IMG/VR virus record: IMGVR_UViG_3300031519_000068
Coordinates: 1 to 40,258 of that record
Strand: one strand, 5' to 3'
Length of the DNA stretch: 40,258 nucleotides
DNA from: a virus
Lineage: Duplodnaviria > Caudoviricetes
Shown: piece by piece, positions 7,272-14,400 of the stretch
How the letters are laid out: the number at the start of each line of letters is the position of its first letter
Position numbering within the stretch: the stretch's first letter is position 1
Notes under the pieces: generated by a model
Told to the model about the DNA's origin: nothing
Databases searched by the model: none
Seen by the model: only the letters and a program-made list of their open reading frames with translations
Translations under genes and position numbers: made by a program

Positions 7272-8351
7272 TTAAAATATAACGTAATTCATACCTAATT
7301 TAAAGTCGTACCAAGTTCTGTTCCAGTACCTATTGTATTTTCCTTCAAGAAAATAACCTAATTGTTTATTGTGTTTTATGCCATATATAAACCCTAAAGA
7401 GTAATCAGCCCATTGTCCGTCTACATAGTTGTGATAAGAAAACTCACTACCATCATCATAGTGGTAAGGCATAACACTAGCCCAAGCGTGCATCCAAGTT
7501 GATTTACTATATTTATAATAATCAAAACCCATAACCACAGAGTGCATTATAGTTTGTTTTAATTCGTTTCTTTTCTTTTCAGTGTAATCAGCCAAAACTT
7601 CTGGTATAACAACTGCCTCCCAAACCTCTGGGCTTGTAGCCACTAATTCACCTGACGGCGAAAAGTATTCGCTGCTATACACATCCACCGTATAACCTTC
7701 TTGTAGTGCTAAGTAAGTATAATGAATATCTCCATTATCTAACACCCACTCGTCTAATGGATTATAACCGTAAGGCTCCGCTAGTCTATGTGCTGCTCCA
7801 ATATTCCAAGATAAGTTTCTACTTTTTCTAACTCTATATCTTTCCGATGCTTCAAAGTATTTAATATCAGCAAATCCATCTTCTAAGTATTCTATTTTTA
7901 AAGCAAAGAAGTTTATACACATTTCATCTGGACAACCATCATCAGAGCTGTATCTAATAAAATGGTGTTGGTCCATATAATCTTTACCTTCTTGTCTTTT
8001 GTAGTCTACTTCGAATAAGTATTCAACCCCTCTTGACTTACCTACAACGGCTGCATCGCTGTAATTCGTCTCAGTACCATCGTAAAATGTTTGTGCTTTG
8101 TTTTCGTATCCGAATCTAGCTATTTTACGTAGTCCTATGGCGAAATTATAATCGTAAGGAGTTGAAATTGTTTGTGTTGATAATCCGTTGTTTACAGAAA
8201 AAACGTCTACATCAGAAAGCGATGTACCACCGTTTACCGCAGCATAAAACGTAGAGAACTTAAATAGCTTCTTAACACTCTCTTTATCAAATGATTGAGC
8301 TGTTACTATATTAGATACTAGTAATAGCGATATTATTAGTCTTTTCACCAT
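7272..8351 (-). CDS. Putative outer-membrane beta-barrel protein
   Basis: Signal peptide MVKRLIISLLLVSNIVTA|Q; aromatic-rich alternating strands; C-terminal YDFKLGMNYVIF resembling a BAM beta-signal with terminal Phe. Confidence 0.7.
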   Translation of the reverse strand: MVKRLIISLLLVSNIVTAQSFDKESVKKLFKFSTFYAAVNGGTSLSDVDVFSVNNGLSTQTISTPYDYNFAIGLRKIARFGYENKAQTFYDGTETNYSDAAVVGKSRGVEYLFEVDYKRQEGKDYMDQHHFIRYSSDDGCPDEMCINFFALKIEYLEDGFADIKYFEASERYRVRKSRNLSWNIGAAHRLAEPYGYNPLDEWVLDNGDIHYTYLALQEGYTVDVYSSEYFSPSGELVATSPEVWEAVVIPEVLADYTEKKRNELKQTIMHSVVMGFDYYKYSKSTWMHAWASVMPYHYDDGSEFSYHNYVDGQWADYSLGFIYGIKHNKQLGYFLEGKYNRYWNRTWYDFKLGMNYVIF

Positions 8352-8381
8352 CTTTATATTATCACTTATTTTTTGAATTGT

Positions 8382-8445
8382 TTACCTAGTTCTTGTTCTA
8401 GTTCTTGTTCTAGTTCTAGTCCTAGTGTTTGATCTTGTATTTGAC
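8382..8445 (-). repeat. Degenerate hexamer tandem repeat encoding the (RT)n C-terminus
   Basis: ctagtt/cttgtt units on the + strand; protein ends SNTRSNTRTRTRTRTRTRTR. Confidence 0.85.
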
Positions 8446-11400
8446 TTTGAGTTAGTTTTCTTTTTCTCTTTAATATCCTCTTTAATCTTTTCCATTTTTT
8501 TATTTTCAAGATCAAGGTTATATTGACTCCAACCTAAAAACATTAAAGATCTTTCCCATGCTGAATGATCGTTATTCAAAGCTTGTCTAACATTTTGTGT
8601 TTTATTGTACAATCTGTTTAAAGGTATGTTTGTAAGAGCTTCCGTATAATTTGTAACAGCGGACCATTGTGGGTTGTCAATATCAAAAGTTTCCATTTCC
8701 TTTATAACCTTTTTGTTATAATTAAGAGTTTTTTCAGCGTTAACTATTTTTCTACCTTTAATACCCAATACAGGTGATAAGTTTAACGCCTCTAACATAA
8801 CCGCGCTTTCATCTGGATTATAATCAACATCTCTTTGTCTAGCAAAAGCAATAGCTACGTTTTTCAATGTAGCAACCACACCACCAATTAAACCAGTACC
8901 TCTTAATACAGAGTCAATACTACCGTTTATTAACCTTTCTTTTTTCTTAAGAAATAAATTATTGTTATCTTCTTCGTCATCATCAAACATCATAGCAAAC
9001 AAAGCTGTTTGCAGCGTGTAGAATATTAAATTTTGCACGGCAAAGTAATATGTTATCCTAGACGCATTAGATATATCACTCTGCATTTGAGTCGTGTTAG
9101 GTTTTGTTATTCTTCTATTATATATATCCTGAAAAGCTTTCTTACCTAATCTATTAAACTGAGAGGTAACATTTTGGAAATTTAATATAACCTTACCAAT
9201 AACAGACGCTTGTTGCTTAGAGACCATATCAGGTCTTGCTGACTGCTGAGTAGCTTGAGTTATATCTTGAAAATCTGTAAATGCTTTAGCTTCGGCTTCT
9301 TTTTGACTTAAACCTTGTTTTAAATACGTATTTATTCTATTTCTATAGTAAGCAGCTCCACCAGTTGCAATAGCAATATTATCACCAATTTGAGTAGGCA
9401 TAAACCCTATTTCTAATAATTTAGATATTAATTTTCTAGTTATATCTTTAGAGTTACGCAGGCTAGCAGCAAGTTCAGCACCGTTAACATCAGTCTGTAT
9501 ACCACCTCGTCTTTGTTTTAACATGTCAGAATTAAATATAAACGACCAGTCAGCCCAATATTGTTTCTGATTAGCAAAAGCTTTAGCCGCTGCGAATACA
9601 TTGTTATCGGCAAAGTTAATGTAATTAACTATAGACATCTGCTGAAGCAATGCTGATCTCATATTAAAGAACATCACTGTACCAACAGAGCCATTTAAAA
9701 AGTTCATTAGCTTGTTGACCTGAGCGTTTTGTCCAGTTGGCCTGTTTCTACCAGTTTGAACTCTATATAATATATCTTCTAGAGATTCTCTAACTTCCTT
9801 GCCGTAACCAGCTTCAATTTTATTTAGATTTTCTTCAGAAAATATAACGTCAGCGTTTTCAATAAACTCACTAAAGAATTGTTTTCTACCTATTCTACCC
9901 GTAGCATCATCTAGATCCATTCTTATGTCACCAGAATTCCAACCTTCAGTTGGATTAACATAAGTTTCTTGTTTGGATATTATGTTTAAATTTTCAGCGT
10001 AAGCCTGTAGCTGTGGATCAGACTGAACTAACTCAGATAACTTAGCTTGATCAGTTTCACTCAATCCAGGTATTTTGTGACCATGTTTATTCCACAAGTA
10101 AACTCTTACAGCATCTTCAAAAGTAAAGTCACCATCTGGAGTTTTCTTTGTAAGTTTTTTCTTAACTTCTGGGAACTGTTTGTTTAATGCTTTGTAATCA
10201 TTAGCGACACTTTGTCTAGCTGTATCAAACTCTCTATTAGCTCTATTTAAAGGTCTAACTAAAGCTTGTTCAAGAAAATCTCTATGCTTATCACCTTCTT
10301 TACCTTTACCCATAAAGTTATATAATAACCCTACAAAATCCTCGTGAGATGGTGGTACGAAAAATCTAAACTTACCTTTACTTTCACCACGTTTTCTACC
10401 TTTAATAATAGAGAATCTTTTTATAGAATCAATACCAGTAACATTTTCTAATATATCGTTAAACTTTTCATTCATTGATTTACTAAACTTAACTCTAGCT
10501 TGCTGAACCTTAGATTTAACATCAAGTTGATTAAGCATGTTTTTAACAGCCTTCACGTTTTGTAGCGCATCGTCAGCAAAGTAAAAGTCGTTATAACCTT
10601 CACCAACTTTTTCAGCCATCCAAAGGGCTTTCGCCTCAGCAGTAGAACTAGCTAAGCCAGTAATATTTTTTAAAGGTATGTTTAAACCATTCGCTTTTAA
10701 AAACGCATGTATAGCACCGGCGGATTCTGCTGGTCTAGCTGTTAGCACAAACATACTTTCAGGACCAAACTTACCTTGCAATTTCATTGCCTTGTTAAAT
10801 AGTGGTGCTGTCTTGCCATCTACAACTTTAGTAAACTCTGAGAAGTCAAACTTATAACCTAGCTCTGAAAGGTTTTCGTAAGTACTAGCGTATTGCTCTG
10901 CGTTTAACGTACCTTTAGTTCCATCTGGTTTAGTGAATCTAATTAAAGATTTACTAGTAGCTAGAGTGTCATCAAAATCTAGAACAGTAATACCTTTTGC
11001 TGGGTTGTTGGCAGAACGAGAAAAAGAAACGGCTTTAGCTATGGTGTTCGATGCTTTGGTAGATTTAGAAAACTTCAATGAAGTATCTATAGCTTTAGCG
11101 AATCTCTTGCCATTTTTATCACTTAAAGCCATGGAAGATGTTTCAAAATTCGTGTCTTCTATTATGGGAGCAGTTCTAAATGTTAGTTTGTTACCTTCAC
11201 TAATCTGAACATATGCAATTAAATCTATACCTTTACTTCCTTTTACTAGCTTTAAAGGGTTTATTATATCCTTATTGTTTTTATTGTAAGTGTCTGTGAT
11301 ATTTTTGTGTAACAAATCTACATCTAAATTACCAGTTTCCATTAAGTATACTTGCTCGCCTAGCGCGATAATACCTTGAGGTGTACCTTTGTATTTACCA

Positions 11401-14400
11401 TTAGCATAAGCCCAGGTAATATACTTTTCACTATCCATGTTTACTTTTACTAAAAATTTACTTTTGTTTTCTTTTAACACTTGCACCTGATTGTCTGTTA
11501 AAATAAAATCATCACCCACCTTGCCTATAAGTTTTTCTATCTCTACAAATTTATCTTGTATTTTTTCAGCTATCTCATTGTCATAGGTTTTTTTATTATC
11601 TCTATGGCTTTTTGTTTCATTTGGATTAGCAAACTTTAATTTTAATTTATTACCTACTTTTTCAAAATTTATAACCTGTGAAACACCTCTAGCTTTATTT
11701 AGCTTAACTTCTATACCAGCTATCACGTTACCAAGGCTAAAGTAAACATCTCCTTTTCCAACAAAAGATTCAACTAATGAGTTTATATTTTTTAAAAATT
11801 TAAAAGCTTTTTCTCTAAATTTATTTTCATAAACAAGGCCTTGGTTTGGAGTTTTCCCTGTTTTTCTTGATTCTACAATAGAATACTCAACAACTTTTTG
11901 CCTGAATTGGTTTTCAGCTATTGAACCATAAATAGCATCGTTATTAATTTTCCAAACATGCTCTGCTATAAAATCTAGGTCAACTTGTTTTTTATCTGGT
12001 CGACCTCTACCTTTTTCTCTTTTTATGTCTTTTTTTAACTTGTAAACATCTCCATTTTTCTCAACAATATCATTGATATTAAGATCACCAGATTCTATTT
12101 GATCTACAAATTGATTTATATGGTGTGCGTTATCAACTTCTACCTCACTTAAAGAAAACTTAACATTATTCTCAGCACTTTTAGAAAACTTAACTCTTGG
12201 TTCTTGTACAACACCGTCTATTGTTACGGTTTTATAACCACCCGAAGCCATATCCGTAGTGCCGCGAGGCATGTCTATTCCTTTTTCATCTAGCCTTAGT
12301 TTTAACTTTACTTTTTGGCCTTGCATACCGTAGAATCTTTCGTGGGTAGGTGTTAAATAAGGTAGGTTTGTTTTTTCCCACCCAGTTACTGAGCCAGGAT
12401 CGTTAAACTCTTTAAAGTATTTTTGATTAACAGTACCTTCAATATTTATGGTCTCAGTATCTAGGAATCCATTTGTTTCAGTGAAAGATCTTTCATATTT
12501 AGTTATGTCGCTAAGCCTAATTTCTTCACTTCTACCTAATTGGGTTCCAACGCTAGCTTTTTTATCAATATAAGTTCTTTCTTCTTTAAAATCTTCCCTA
12601 AGTCCATCTCTATAGTTTTCAGTTTGTGTTCGGTAGTATTCGTTTGATCTTTTATTATCTTTTTGCACTTTGATAATTTCCCCATCAAGTTTGCCGTTCT
12701 TTCTTGTTACCTGCGAAACAAGTAGTCCATCAAGATCTTTTTCAATTGTTGTACCGTTTTTCTTATCACCAGTTACTTTTTCGTAATACAATAAGGTTTC
12801 TTTAGTTTTATCTACTTCTACAACCTCCTTAAATCCATCAACTTTTTTACCTCTTACAACAACACCAGTTGTAGGCTTGTCATTTTTATCCCACCAACTC
12901 ATATTATCACCATCTCTAAAGGCAATTAACCTACCATTCTGAAATGCTATTTTAAATCCATTTCCTTGTTTGTTGTAGTTCTTCCATAGTGCAAAAGCGT
13001 TATTAAGATTATATTCTGCGTTTTTTCTATCAATAAATATAACTACTTTTCCATCACCTTTAGTAAAACCTGGAAATACTTTATTAGCTTCTTCAACTCT
13101 ATGTTTTAAATCATTTTTCTTATCAACAAGTAATTTATCAACTAGTTTTCTTACTTTACTTTCTGCAGTGTTTTCAACAATAACTTCTAAAGATCCAAAA
13201 TCGTATTTTTCATTAAGATAGGTGTTCATTATAACATCTTGTATACCATCGTAGTTAACGGTACGTATTACGTCGCCATCATTAAAATCATTTCGTAAAC
13301 GCGCGCACAAACACCAATTATTAAACTTTGGACCAAAATGAGTGTCTGCTACTTTTCTAACGTCTAACTGTCCTTGTTTAGAATCTTCAACATCGTAAAC
13401 TGTAACACCACTAGTCAACTGGGTTTTATTAGAAAACGTTTTAACTTTATCTGGATCAGTTCTCTTAGACTTAGAGTCTTCAACGTATGCTTGCATTAAA
13501 ACATTAGGATCTTTTACGGAGAATGGATCTATTTTGTTTTTAGCAGCTAACTTCTCAGCCTCTATAACTTTATAACCATCTTCAGGTAGTATTAAGAAAC
13601 CATTAGCCATATAGTGCATAGCCATTTTCTCATACTTAGATTTTAAATGATTAGGGATAGCTTTATCATCAACAAAGTCAAATACAGATTGAACAGCCCC
13701 TTTTCTTTGCTTTTCAGTAAGATCAGGTCTTCTCTTAGTCAGTTGCTTCTCATAAGCTTCTCTGTGCGATTTAGAGAACTTAATTTGAGAATACACGTTA
13801 ACACTTCCCGAACCATTCATAGCTGCAGAGATGTCTTCTATCGCGTTACTCTTAGAGAATTTAACATTAACTTCTCTACCAATTGCAGCTCCTAGTTCAG
13901 CAACACTTCCTGGATCGATGTCCATACCAGCAATTCTATCTTGAACTTGATCAGATTGTCTAGCTTCCATGATTGCATCGGTAACTAAGCTATTAACCAT
14001 TCGCATTGCAAGACCATCTTTTCTAGTACCTTTTAAACCTTGCCTCAAGCCAGTTATAGGGTTTTTGCCCGGTTGATCAGCCCAACTTACCAACTCAGTT
14101 TCTGTTGGCATTACTTTATTATATAGAGAAGGTGAGAAAGCACCTTTACCAGTTTTCTTATCTTTTGTTATTTTGTTTAAAGCATCAGGAGGTAACTGCT
14201 CTTTGTTTACAGCATCTCTTACTTGATCTATAGAAGTTAACACCTTAACGAAGTCAGTAAATACTCTATCCGCTTCTGGAGTGTTTCTCTCCATTTGCAC
14301 TAAATCAGCCGTAGATGTGTTTTTTACGATGTCTTCTCTTAGCTTCTTTAACTGGGATATGTAAATATCCTTAGTGCCATATTGTACTTTTGTGTCAGCC

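Noticed and set aside
8676-8690. TFDID in the giant protein resembling the DFDID catalytic motif of crAss-like virion RNA polymerases
   Set aside because: First Asp is missing, it lies about 100 aa from the C-terminus in a helical region, and no double-psi barrel context is visible; the other DFD motif (DFDDT) is HAD motif I
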